From Candidatus Cloacimonadales bacterium (GTDB lineage: Bacteria > Cloacimonadota > Cloacimonadia > Cloacimonadales > JAFGVF01): a stretch of DNA of 64,000 bases. Each line of letters opens with the position of its first letter. Position 1 is the first letter of the stretch. This document shows positions 10,286 to 21,569 of this stretch, piece by piece. The stretch is from positions 2,304,001-2,368,000 of the forward strand of contig OY762964.1 of assembly GCA_963667035.1 (NCBI GenBank). Reading direction: 5' to 3'. The notes beneath the pieces were generated by a model. It did not search any database. It had not been told where the DNA came from and saw only the letters and a program-made list of their open reading frames with translations. Position numbers and translations under genes: made by a program.

Positions 10286-13200
10286 ATGAAGTATTGGAAC
10301 AATCAAAAATTAGTTATGGAAACTGCTATATCAAGAGTTTATTCTGTAACAGACAGTGATAAGAATAAGTATATTCTCAAAATCATCAAATCGGAATATA
10401 TGAGTAAGTTTAAAACTATTGAAAAGACTCTTAAGCCCTTTATATCTCTAAAAGATGATTCAATATGCAAAGTTATATCAGTTGAAAGAGTAAATGATGA
10501 GTTGCATATTGTTTTGGAGTATATTGAAGGGAAACCACTTTCAGAAGTAGAGCTAAACAAAGGTAATATCATACCTCTTTTTCTTAAAATTGCTAATGCT
10601 GTTAAAATCCTGCATAGAAACAATCTATTGCATCTTGATTTGAAACCCGAAAACATAATGGTTACAAAATCAGGAGTTAAGCTGATTGATTTTGATATGG
10701 CCTCTTCACTATCAGATAATGAACTTATTGAATCAGAATTTAATGGAAGTGTAATATATACATCTCCCGAGCAGTGTGATAATACCATGTCTGTCGATAG
10801 AAAAAGTGACATTTACTCATTGGGTCTCATCCTACTTGGTATGTTAAGCGGTAAACTTGCATACTCAGACTCGAGTATAACTGAAATTATTAGTTATCAT
10901 TTATCCGGTATAATCGATCATGTGAAACCAAATCTAGATGCAATCGACAGTGATTATCGGGAGATTATTTTAAAAGCAATAACCCTTGATCCAACGCAAA
11001 GATATCTGAAAATTGAAGACATCATTACTGCAATAGAGAGTGTTCTGTCCCATGAAACCGAGACTACTGAAGAAGAAGATTATGATGATGAAGTCATTCA
11101 AAGATACATTGATATGCACAAGAATGGCGACACATTAGAAGCCCTGAATGAGCTGGATGAACTACTAAACGAAACTGACAACCCTTTTGAAGTTCTAAAC
11201 ACAATTATTACCATTAGAGAGGAACAACCTGATAATAGGCTTCTTCAATACTACTCCCGACTTGGGAACTTATATCTTCGAACAACAATAATAGATTATG
11301 CTCTAAAGCCTTTCACAAAAGCGACTATGCTAGCTGAAAAACTGGATAATCCGGAATACATTCTTACTGCAAATGATGATTTAGCTTGGTTCTTCCTTAG
11401 AGTTAACGAGATAGAGAAATCTCGTACCATAAGCTTATCCATGATTGATTTTGCCGAGAAACAAAGCCTACCCAAGTATAAAATAAAAGCCGTAGGGATG
11501 CTTGCAAACTCATATCTGGAAGCAAGAGAGTATGATAAAGGAAAAGAAATCCTCTCAAATCAGGTTAAACTCTACCTTGAAATTGGAAACAAATTCGGTT
11601 TAGCCAGTACATATTCGAATATCGGGCTCTGTGAGAGAAACACAGGGCATTTAAAATCTGCAGAAAATTATTATTTAAAAGCTCTTCAGATAGGCGAAGA
11701 ACTTGAATCTGAAAGAATAACAGCTATTTGTTACTCTTCCTTAGGTACAACTTACAACTTAATGGGAAACTATGACAAATCAATAGAGTTCCACAAGAAG
11801 AGAATTGAGATGGAACTTGCTCAAAACAACCTTAGGGGACTATCTTTCGGCTACTCAAGCATTGCAAATTCATACAATGCCAAAGGCGATTACGAACAGG
11901 CGTTAAAATACTACAAATTGCAATTCCAGGTAGATAGTAAGCAGAACAACATAATACAGTTAATAGCTTGCTATTATAATCAAGCTACTGTTTACTATAA
12001 GTTAAACCAGTTTTCTATAGCAGAATCATTTTTAAACAAAGCGATTGAAGAATCTGAGGAGAATGAACTATGGGATAAAAGACTCTTCTACCTTACATTA
12101 CGTGCTTCGATCTATGAGAATCAAGGTCGTTATGATGAAGCTTTGAAACTCTCTAAAGAATTATTAAAGGAAGCTGATAAATACAATCTACAAGACGTAA
12201 CCTTTGAGGCTAGTCTTACTCATGCTCGTACAGCTTTCAATATGAAAGATAACTTTGAACTAAGACAGAATGCTCTGTTAATTCTAATGAATGAGCTCAC
12301 GAGAACTGAACACGATTCCTATAAAATGGAATATTGCAGGTGTATCTATCAACTAACAGGTAGTGAGTTTCATAGACAAATGGCAGTTCAATTGCTTAAA
12401 CAATTTAATAACGATACTCCTAGTCTTATATGGGAGAATGGCATCAGAGAGTTGGAAAATAGCTCAAATACAAAGCAGATTGATACCGAGTTACTAATAC
12501 ACTCCATGGTAAAACTTATGTCACCTGAAACAGCTAATGATGAGTTACTTAGCTATCTTACTATGAGTACGGAAGCTGATAATTGCCGTATCGTTACTTA
12601 CAACCGAGAAGAGGATATCATAGAGAACAGCATTATTAGTAAGAATCTGGAGAGTGAAGATCTTGATTTCTCAACCGGCATCATCAAAGAAGCTGTTGAG
12701 AGCATGAAACCCATTCTTATTAGCAACGCTGTTAATACAGATAAATTTAAAACAAATGAAAGTATTCTAGGTAAATCGTTTCTCTCGGTGATAACTATTC
12801 CTCTCTTGCTCTCCAACTCAATTGTCGGAGCTCTTTATCTCGATAGAAGGAATATTGCTAAAGGGGTATTTACTGTTGCTGATGAAAGTAAAGCTCAGAG
12901 AATCGGAGCAATACTGCTTCCTATCTTAAGAGGATTCCTTTCCAAGCAATCGCAAACATCTGAAGAGCTTATCAGAAGAAAAACAGGTTTTGTTGGTAAC
13001 TCCGAGCTAATGTATGCTCTATACAAGAAGATTGCTACTTCAGCCCAAGCAGAAGCCCCAATTCTTATTACAGGTGAATCGGGTACAGGAAAAGAGATAA
13101 CTGCCAGAGCAATCCATAACCTCAGCAGAAGAAACAAAGGACCTTTTGTTACGATTAACTGTGCGACAATTCCTGAGCACTTAGCTGAAAGCGAGCTATT

Positions 13201-13945
13201 CGGATATGTAAAAGGAGCATTTACCGGAGCAATCACTAATCGTAAAGGCGTATTTGAAACAGCTAAAGGTGGTTCATTATTTCTTGATGAAGTCGGAGAA
13301 TTACCTTCAATGCTGCAAGCAAAACTACTCAGAGCTATAGAGAATAATGAGATAACTCCCCTTGGTAGCGAAAAAAATCTCAAAACAGATGTTCGCATTA
13401 TCTCTGCAACAAATAGGGATTTACAGAGTGAAGTTTCCGATAATAAATTCAGAAATGACCTCTATTTCAGATTGAATGTTTTTGATGTAAAAGTCCCTGC
13501 TCTTAGAAAGCATAAAGAGGATATCTCACTAATTGCAGAATCATTCTTACAATACTTCTGCAACAAATATGGAAAGAAAAGTAAAGGCTTCTCTCACGGA
13601 GCTATGGAATATCTGATTAATCAGGATTACAGGAACAACAATGTACGAGAATTACGCAATCTCATTGAAAAAGGGGTTGTAAATAGTTCATCTGAATTCC
13701 CTATCACAGTATCGAATCTTCTTGGAGAGGAGACTAATAAAGAACTCTTGAAACTCAAATCGGAGGCACTAGAGCTATCCGGTATTGATAGTCTGGATGA
13801 TGCAGTAGCTAAATTCGAAGTGAAGATTATCGAGCAAATACTGAATGAAACGGATTGGAATAAATCTAAAACTGCTAATAGGCTAAGGATTAGTCGTCCC
13901 CGTATAGATAGAGTAATTAAGAAACACGGGCTTAAGAAGAGATAA
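10286..13945 (+). CDS. Ser/Thr kinase-like + TPR + GAF + sigma54-dependent AAA+ activator + Fis-type HTH fusion
   Basis: 'HLDLKPEN', 'DFD', 'SPE', 'SDIYSLG'; TPRs; GAF 'VGALYLD'; 'GESGTGKE', 'GAFTGA', 'FLDEVG'; C-terminal HTH. Confidence 0.9.
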   Translation: MKYWNNQKLVMETAISRVYSVTDSDKNKYILKIIKSEYMSKFKTIEKTLKPFISLKDDSICKVISVERVNDELHIVLEYIEGKPLSEVELNKGNIIPLFLKIANAVKILHRNNLLHLDLKPENIMVTKSGVKLIDFDMASSLSDNELIESEFNGSVIYTSPEQCDNTMSVDRKSDIYSLGLILLGMLSGKLAYSDSSITEIISYHLSGIIDHVKPNLDAIDSDYREIILKAITLDPTQRYLKIEDIITAIESVLSHETETTEEEDYDDEVIQRYIDMHKNGDTLEALNELDELLNETDNPFEVLNTIITIREEQPDNRLLQYYSRLGNLYLRTTIIDYALKPFTKATMLAEKLDNPEYILTANDDLAWFFLRVNEIEKSRTISLSMIDFAEKQSLPKYKIKAVGMLANSYLEAREYDKGKEILSNQVKLYLEIGNKFGLASTYSNIGLCERNTGHLKSAENYYLKALQIGEELESERITAICYSSLGTTYNLMGNYDKSIEFHKKRIEMELAQNNLRGLSFGYSSIANSYNAKGDYEQALKYYKLQFQVDSKQNNIIQLIACYYNQATVYYKLNQFSIAESFLNKAIEESEENELWDKRLFYLTLRASIYENQGRYDEALKLSKELLKEADKYNLQDVTFEASLTHARTAFNMKDNFELRQNALLILMNELTRTEHDSYKMEYCRCIYQLTGSEFHRQMAVQLLKQFNNDTPSLIWENGIRELENSSNTKQIDTELLIHSMVKLMSPETANDELLSYLTMSTEADNCRIVTYNREEDIIENSIISKNLESEDLDFSTGIIKEAVESMKPILISNAVNTDKFKTNESILGKSFLSVITIPLLLSNSIVGALYLDRRNIAKGVFTVADESKAQRIGAILLPILRGFLSKQSQTSEELIRRKTGFVGNSELMYALYKKIATSAQAEAPILITGESGTGKEITARAIHNLSRRNKGPFVTINCATIPEHLAESELFGYVKGAFTGAITNRKGVFETAKGGSLFLDEVGELPSMLQAKLLRAIENNEITPLGSEKNLKTDVRIISATNRDLQSEVSDNKFRNDLYFRLNVFDVKVPALRKHKEDISLIAESFLQYFCNKYGKKSKGFSHGAMEYLINQDYRNNNVRELRNLIEKGVVNSSSEFPITVSNLLGEETNKELLKLKSEALELSGIDSLDDAVAKFEVKIIEQILNETDWNKSKTANRLRISRPRIDRVIKKHGLKKR

Positions 13946-13948
13946 AAT

Positions 13949-14865
13949 CTATCCTCTAGGATGATATTGTCGATGCACCTCAATAAGGTGAGAAGTATCA
14001 ATGTTAGTATAAATTTGAGTAGTGTTCAAGCTTGCATGACCAAGTAACTCTTGTACTATTCTTAGATTTGCCCCCGCTTCAAGCAAATGTGTTGCAAAAC
14101 TATGCCTGAAAGTATGGGGTGAGATATGAATTCTTATCCCTGCTTTTTGAGCTGTTTCCTGCACTATCTTCCAGAACCCCATTCTGCTCATCTGCTTACT
14201 AAATCTATTGAGGAAAAGTAAATCCGTATCAGTGTATTTTTTAAAGAATGGTCTTGATTCAAGTCTGTACTTCTCTACATAATCAAATGCAATATCCGCC
14301 ATTGGTACTATTCTCTGCTTTCTTCCTTTTCCATGAATCAGTACTATCTTTTCCTGTCTATCAACGTTATGTATACTCAAAGAAAGTAATTCTGATACTC
14401 GCATACCCGTTGCATATAGTAGCTCCAACATAGCCCTGTTTCTAATCGATGTGTTGTCAATCGGCTCTATAGTATCTAAAAGTTGAAGCATCTGATCCAC
14501 ACTTAGTATCTCTGGCAACTTCTGACCATACTTTATAGAAGGAATCGCATCAAAATCTACTGCTACACCCTCTCCCTCATCCTTCATAAACAAGAAGAAA
14601 GATTTTAATGCACTTCTCTTTCTGGCTATTGATGTATTCATTAAGCCTATCTCCTGCAAACTAACGAGATAGTCTAAGACATCATCGGATGTGTAGTCGG
14701 TAAACCTTTTCTTTGAATCATCATAGAGAAGGAAATCCAGCAAATCTCTCTTATAACTCTCAATACTAAGAGGACTTAATCCTTTCTCGATTTTAAGATA
14801 GAACAGATAATTATTCAGACCCGCAGTTTTCTGCGGGTCTAAACTTTTATTTTCATTAACTGACA

Positions 14866-14866
<1 letters not shown>
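13949..14866 (-). CDS. xerD: Tyrosine recombinase XerD
   Basis: 'LYATGMRVSEL', 'GKGRKQR', 'SPHTFRHSFATHLL', 'LLGHASLNTTQIYT', 'HPRG' end. Confidence 0.88.
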
Positions 14867-16329
<1,463 letters not shown>

Positions 16330-16354
16330 CTATTTCTCCTTAGTACTTAATTAC

Positions 16355-16391
16355 AAAAAAAGCCGTGACCGAACTAAGCCGATCAGGGCTT
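16355..16391 (-). terminator. Probable terminator after ftsH
   Basis: Imperfect aagcc...ggctt stem followed by a T-run on the minus strand. Confidence 0.5.
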
Positions 16392-16413
16392 GAATATCTA
16401 GTGTTTGAGTAAT

Positions 16414-18468
16414 TTAATCCTCGACTTTTTCTTTTTCATCTACCTTTTCTTCTACTTCAGTAATCTTATCTTCATTAGCTAGGGTCTCAGACAACTCTTC
16501 TATTTCATCATCACTGAAAAGGTCAGGTTGTTCGGATTCAAGAGTTTGCTCTTTCTTCTCTTGGTCCAATCTATCGTCAAATCTCATTTCTTTGGCTTTC
16601 TGGAATTTCTTCTCAACAAATTCTCTCATTTCCGGTTTGCAATGTTCAAACAGAATATCGAATATTTCATCTGTATTTAAAGTTTCTTTTATGAGCAATC
16701 TATCGGAAAGAACATCCATCAGATGTGAGTTATCTGTCATTATCCGCAATGCTTCCTTATGAGCTCTCTCTATCAAACTTCTAATTTCGGAATCAATAGT
16801 TCTGGCTGTATCGTCACTATAAAAGTCTCTATGTCCGATTTCTTTACCAAGGAACACTTCTTCCTGTTCTTTTCCAATTCTTATCGGACCTATCTTTTCA
16901 CTCATACCCCAGTTTGTAACCATTTTCTTGGCAATATCTGTCGCACGGTCAATATCATTACCGGCACCGGTTGTTACTTCATTGAACTTAACTTCCTCTG
17001 CAGCTCTTCCACCAAGCATACTTACTATCATCTGGAATAGATAAGTTTTGGAGTAATTGGATTTATCATCTCCCATATAATGAGTTGCACCACCTGTGAA
17101 ACCTCTTGGGATAATTGTAACTTTATGCACTGGTTCGGTTTTTTCCTGGAATATTGAGCAAAGAACGTGACCTATTTCATGATAAGCAGTCACCATACGT
17201 TCATCTTCACTTATGACTCTACTCTTCTTTGCCTTACCGAGAGTTACTTTATCTTTTGCATCTTCAAAATCATCGGATTCAATTCCGACTTTATTCTTTC
17301 TTGCAGCAATAAGAGCTGCTTCATTAACCAGATTAGCAAGATCGGCTCCGCTGAAACCAGGGGTTCCTCGAGCAATCACTTTAAGGTTAACATCATCTGT
17401 TAAAGGCACTTTCTTAGAATGAACTTTAAGAATTTCATATCTTCCGTTTATATCAGGAAGATCAACCATTACTTGTCTATCGAAACGTCCCGGACGTAAG
17501 AGAGCAGGGTCCAGAATATCAGGTCTGTTTGTCGCTGCAATAATGATAACGGCTTCATTTTCTTCAAATCCGTCCATCTGTACAAGCAACTGATTCAAAG
17601 TCTGTTCTCTTTCATCATGCCCCCCGCCTAAACCTGAACCACGATGGCGTCCTACAGCATCAATCTCATCAATAAACGCTATACATGGAGCATTACGCTT
17701 AGCTTGTTCGAATAAGTCCCTCACACGAGCAGCACCCACACCAACAAACATTTCCACAAAGTCCGAGCCACTAATGGTAAAGAACGGGACTTTAGCCTCT
17801 CCCGCTACAGCTTTAGCCAATAATGTTTTACCTGTACCCGGTCTTCCTGCCAGTAAAACACCTCTTGGTATTCTACCTCCAAGTCTCTGGAACTTCTTCG
17901 GGTCTTTAAGGAAATCTACGATTTCTTCCAATTCCTCTTTAGCTTCCTCGACTCCGGCTACATCTTTAAAAGTAATTCTGGTTTTATCACCTTTATAAAG
18001 TCGTGCTCTGCTTTTACCAAAGCTGAACGCTTTGCTATTATTGTTGTTCATGCCTCTCATCATAAAGAGCCAGAATCCTATAAGCAGAATAATAGGTAAC
18101 AGATTCCAGATTAGTCCTCTCCAGATAGAAGGTTTGGTTGATTTGACCATAACACCGTTAGTTACCAGTGTTTCAGTCAATCCGGTTGTTTCTGGAGGTA
18201 AATAAGTATGATACTTATTCCCGGCAGTATCTTTTATTATCAGATCCTGCTCCATAAAGATAACTTCTTCAATCTGATGAGAGTTTACCTTCGTTAAGAA
18301 ATTAGTATAATCTATTTCAATGACTTTTCCCTTATTCATCCCGAACATCTGATAGAGAACTATTATCAGCAGGATTAGTACAATCCAAAACGTTACGTTC
18401 TTTGAACGCTTCTGATTAAACGGGTTAGGCACTTTCTTGTTTTGTTTTGGGTCCTGTTCATTATTCAT
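16414..18468 (-). CDS. ftsH: ATP-dependent zinc metalloprotease FtsH
   Basis: Two TMs, Walker A 'GRPGTGKT', 'IDEID', SRH 'LLRPGRFDR', 'HEIGH'. Confidence 0.97.
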   Translation of the reverse strand: MNNEQDPKQNKKVPNPFNQKRSKNVTFWIVLILLIIVLYQMFGMNKGKVIEIDYTNFLTKVNSHQIEEVIFMEQDLIIKDTAGNKYHTYLPPETTGLTETLVTNGVMVKSTKPSIWRGLIWNLLPIILLIGFWLFMMRGMNNNNSKAFSFGKSRARLYKGDKTRITFKDVAGVEEAKEELEEIVDFLKDPKKFQRLGGRIPRGVLLAGRPGTGKTLLAKAVAGEAKVPFFTISGSDFVEMFVGVGAARVRDLFEQAKRNAPCIAFIDEIDAVGRHRGSGLGGGHDEREQTLNQLLVQMDGFEENEAVIIIAATNRPDILDPALLRPGRFDRQVMVDLPDINGRYEILKVHSKKVPLTDDVNLKVIARGTPGFSGADLANLVNEAALIAARKNKVGIESDDFEDAKDKVTLGKAKKSRVISEDERMVTAYHEIGHVLCSIFQEKTEPVHKVTIIPRGFTGGATHYMGDDKSNYSKTYLFQMIVSMLGGRAAEEVKFNEVTTGAGNDIDRATDIAKKMVTNWGMSEKIGPIRIGKEQEEVFLGKEIGHRDFYSDDTARTIDSEIRSLIERAHKEALRIMTDNSHLMDVLSDRLLIKETLNTDEIFDILFEHCKPEMREFVEKKFQKAKEMRFDDRLDQEKKEQTLESEQPDLFSDDEIEELSETLANEDKITEVEEKVDEKEKVED

Positions 18469-19001
18469 CTATAAACTTCCTCTTTTAGGATACCGATATA
18501 GGGAAGGTTTCTGTATTTATTGGCAAAGTCAAGTCCGTAACCAACAACAAACTCATTTCCGACTTCAAAACCAACATAATCGAGATGAACATCAGTCTTG
18601 TGAGCTTTTGGCTTATCGAGTAAAACACAAACATTAACTGACTTAGGGTTGTGTTTTGAGAGATAAGAGCGGATATATTCCAGTGATAGACCTGAATCAA
18701 CAATATCTTCAACAATTATTACATCTTTGCCGGTTATATCGGCATCTATGTCTTTTTTAATTCTTACGACTCCGGAAGAAACGGTACTATCACCGTAGCT
18801 TGATATTGCCATAAAGTCTATGGAACAAGGTAAATCAACAGTTCTTATCAAGTCACTCATAAATAGCGATGCACCTTTGAGTACACAGATGAATATTGGT
18901 TCAGAGCCTTTAAAGTCATTAGTGATTTTATTACCCAGTTCTTTTATTTTATCAGCAAGTGTTTTTTCGGAGATAAGTATCTTCTCTATATCATTCTTCA
19001 T
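18465..19001 (-). CDS. hpt: Hypoxanthine phosphoribosyltransferase
   Basis: 'IIVEDIVDSG', 'FVVGYGLD...YRNLPY'; tilS-hpt-ftsH synteny. Confidence 0.96.
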   Translation of the reverse strand: MKNDIEKILISEKTLADKIKELGNKITNDFKGSEPIFICVLKGASLFMSDLIRTVDLPCSIDFMAISSYGDSTVSSGVVRIKKDIDADITGKDVIIVEDIVDSGLSLEYIRSYLSKHNPKSVNVCVLLDKPKAHKTDVHLDYVGFEVGNEFVVGYGLDFANKYRNLPYIGILKEEVYR

Positions 19002-20428
19002 TATTCGTTCCCGTAGCGTGAGGCTGAGCGATGTTTAAGTCTACTCTTCCTATCCATTTTAATCATTAAAATTCCTTTGGATTCGTTGTTTAACCTAAAT
19101 TTATTATCTATCCGGTAACCACCAACCCAGATTATATTTTCTCCATCTGTAATTAAAGGTATCCTATCTCTGTCAAATTTGGGCACCTTTTCGTCAATGA
19201 AAAAATCTTTCAGTTTCTTTTCTCCAACCATACCGTAAGGAATAAAGGTGTCCCCGTCTTTTCTATAACGTACAACCAACGGGAAAGTAACACTTTCGTA
19301 ATCCAAATATGCTACTCTTTTATCAAGAAACGGCTGACCTTTTGGTAGCATTTTAAGCTTTTTCATGCTGAATATATAATCTCCAAAACTAAATCTGCTT
19401 CTTATGCTATCAATTACTTTCTCTGTTTCTTCCGGTTGGAAAATAGGGTCTTCATCAGTAAATATAAGCTTATCGTACTCTTTGACAACATAAACATCAT
19501 GAGGAAGCATAATATATTTACTGGATTCAGAATCCATAATACTGTATATCTCGCTATAGTTATTGAAATAGAAGTCTTTTTCCGTTTCACTATAATAGCT
19601 GTAAGCTAATCTGAATATGTAGAACAGAAGACTTTTATTTTCTTTCTTTAGGTCATGGATGGAGAATACGGTTTTCCCGTCATTAGTCAATTCGCGTAAA
19701 TGCCTGAATCTCTGCTTAGCCGATTCATTCATGAAATCATCTGTCTCGGCAAAGATATTCCCCAGGAGATTGAGTTGGTCAATAATGTTAGGGTTAATGT
19801 TCTCTTTAACCCAAGGAATAAACTCATTCCTTAGTTTATTGCGAGTGAACTCGTTTTCTTCGTTGGACTTGTCTTCTCGCCATTCTATTCCCTGCTCTGT
19901 TAAAAATTGTTTTATCTCATCTTTAGAAAATGGAAGTAACGGATGAATAACTTTCTCACTTTTAGGTTGAATCCCTTTCAGACCTGTATATCCGGCTCCT
20001 CTAAAAGCTTTCATCAATACAGTTTCCGCTTGGTCGTCTTTATGGTGTCCCAATGCGATTGCTTTAATACCATATTTAGGTGAAAGTGTACTGAAGAATT
20101 CCATTCTCACCTGTCTGGCTTTCTCTTCTAAGCCCGGTTGAGGTTCAAGCTTATAATCTTTTATTACAAGTGAGATATTACGGTCAAAGCAGAATGTCTT
20201 TACAAACTTCTCATCGAGTTGCGAATCCTTGCCCCTTAAATGATAATTAACATGGGCAACAAGCAAAAATAGTTGATACTTAATGCTAAGCTGGTAAAGA
20301 GCGTACAACAAAGCGATTGAATCAGCTCCTCCCGATACTCCGACAAGGAGTTTATCATTCTCTGAAAAGAGCTTTTCTTTTAATGCGTATTCCTCAAAAC
20401 GTGACAAAAAACTCTCACTGTAACTCAT
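19001..20428 (-). CDS. tilS: tRNA(Ile)-lysidine synthetase
   Basis: 'VSGGADS', 'GHHKDDQAET', C-terminal 'KKLKDFFIDEKVP'; ATG 20428 preferred (alternative 20455). Confidence 0.95.
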   Translation of the reverse strand: MSYSESFLSRFEEYALKEKLFSENDKLLVGVSGGADSIALLYALYQLSIKYQLFLLVAHVNYHLRGKDSQLDEKFVKTFCFDRNISLVIKDYKLEPQPGLEEKARQVRMEFFSTLSPKYGIKAIALGHHKDDQAETVLMKAFRGAGYTGLKGIQPKSEKVIHPLLPFSKDEIKQFLTEQGIEWREDKSNEENEFTRNKLRNEFIPWVKENINPNIIDQLNLLGNIFAETDDFMNESAKQRFRHLRELTNDGKTVFSIHDLKKENKSLLFYIFRLAYSYYSETEKDFYFNNYSEIYSIMDSESSKYIMLPHDVYVVKEYDKLIFTDEDPIFQPEETEKVIDSIRSRFSFGDYIFSMKKLKMLPKGQPFLDKRVAYLDYESVTFPLVVRYRKDGDTFIPYGMVGEKKLKDFFIDEKVPKFDRDRIPLITDGENIIWVGGYRIDNKFRLNNESKGILMIKMDRKSRLKHRSASRYGNE

Positions 20429-20542
20429 GCTAAACCTTCCTATTTTCTTTGTCATGTTATATTATATCATAGCTCATTTTCTGTCAAAGGGTTATTTGTT
20501 ACTATTGCATACTATTCACTATCAACACATTCGGGGTTACAT

Positions 20543-20768
20543 ATAGGGACACAACAATTTGTGCCTTTTTATATGACCAATTCTTGATAATAAACTGCTT
20601 TCAACTACCGGGTATACGGGTAACCTGTCCGCATAACTGGGTACGCACGCATCCTGCATGCATCTTGAAATGATTTTCTGAATGTAAATCGACCACCCTT
20701 ATTCTGTGGTGACGAAGTCGGCAGAATAAATCACTTTTTACACCGGGAACGCAGACATCCTGTCTGCA
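20543..20768. repeat. Cluster of REP-like short palindromes
   Basis: atagggacacaa..ttgtgcc (20543-20566); three copies of cYgggWaygcRga.atcctgtctgca-like units (20608-20633, 20637-20662, 20743-20768); ctgtggtgacgaagtcggcag (20704-20724). Confidence 0.7.
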
Positions 20769-20774
20769 GAAATT

Positions 20775-20830
20775 CATAATTTCTAATTCCTAATTAGTAA
20801 TTTCTGCTTTAGCATTTAGAATTTAACATT
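20775..20830. repeat. Degenerate 7-bp tandem array
   Basis: cataatt tctaatt cctaatt agtaatt ... tagcatt tagaatt taacatt. Confidence 0.7.
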
Positions 20831-21025
20831 TGTAGTTCCTACATATCCTTCCTTACGATTTCCCCATTTTAGTTACGCTTTTTTGTTTTTTCTGAAAAAA
20901 GGTCGATAAACAGCGACCTTTATAGTAGTTAACATATTATATATTTGCATGTTACATGATTAAAAAACTATTATCCAAAATTTTATGAGTTTATCTTTTT
21001 TTATTCTGTATAGGGGCACAATATC

Positions 21026-21310
21026 TTATGCCCAAGAAGAGTAAGAGTTTGGTATAAAACTCCGAATGGAATATACCATTTTCGTGACGTCACGAAAATG
21101 GTTATCAATTTTTGCATCGGCAACTTGACATGAAGTCTTAGCTTTCCCGATTATATTGGTGAAGTTTTCCCAACGATCATATCCCAAAATCTGCAGCAGG
21201 TCTCTAGCGTACCAATACTCAATTGAAGTGCCTTCTGATACTTGTTTTTGCAATAATCTTTTGAACAAGATTATTAACATTAAATAGTTCGCTCCTTTTT
21301 CTAAAATCAT
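21026..21310 (-). pseudogene. dinD: Truncated DNA-damage-inducible protein D (DinD, BRO-N-like N-terminus)
   Basis: 'IEYWYARDLLQILGYDRWENFTNIIGKAKTSC...NHFRDVTKMV' matches the DinD N-terminus; similarity ends right after this motif. Confidence 0.7.
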
Positions 21311-21311
21311 T

Positions 21312-21550
21312 TCAGAAAATAACCTTATACTGGAAAATTAGTTTGCATTCACAGTTAGAATTATTAAGCTCTGGAAGTACCTTAAAGAAGAGAAACATGA
21401 AAGAGTACTATCTAAGAGCAGGAACATCTATTGGTGCAAATGCTGAGGAAGCCGTAGGAGCTCAAACACACAAAGAGAACCGTTAGACAAACTACTGGTA
21501 ACGATTATTGCATCAAACAGAATACATTAACAATAAACTAGAGAAATCGG
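21312..21550 (+). pseudogene. Four-helix-bundle protein (TIGR02436 / S23-IVS-like) pseudogene
   Basis: Manual translation: ENNLILEN*FAFTVRIIKLWKYLKEEKHERVLS / frameshift / LRAGTSIGANAEEAVGAQTHKE / deletion / TNYW*RLLHQTEYINNKLEKS. Confidence 0.8.
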
Positions 21551-21569
21551 GATTTACTTAATTAATTCA

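Noticed and set aside
21312..21550. Diversity-generating retroelement (Avd-like fold)
   Set aside because: No reverse transcriptase and no TR/VR pair with adenine-specific mismatches were seen.
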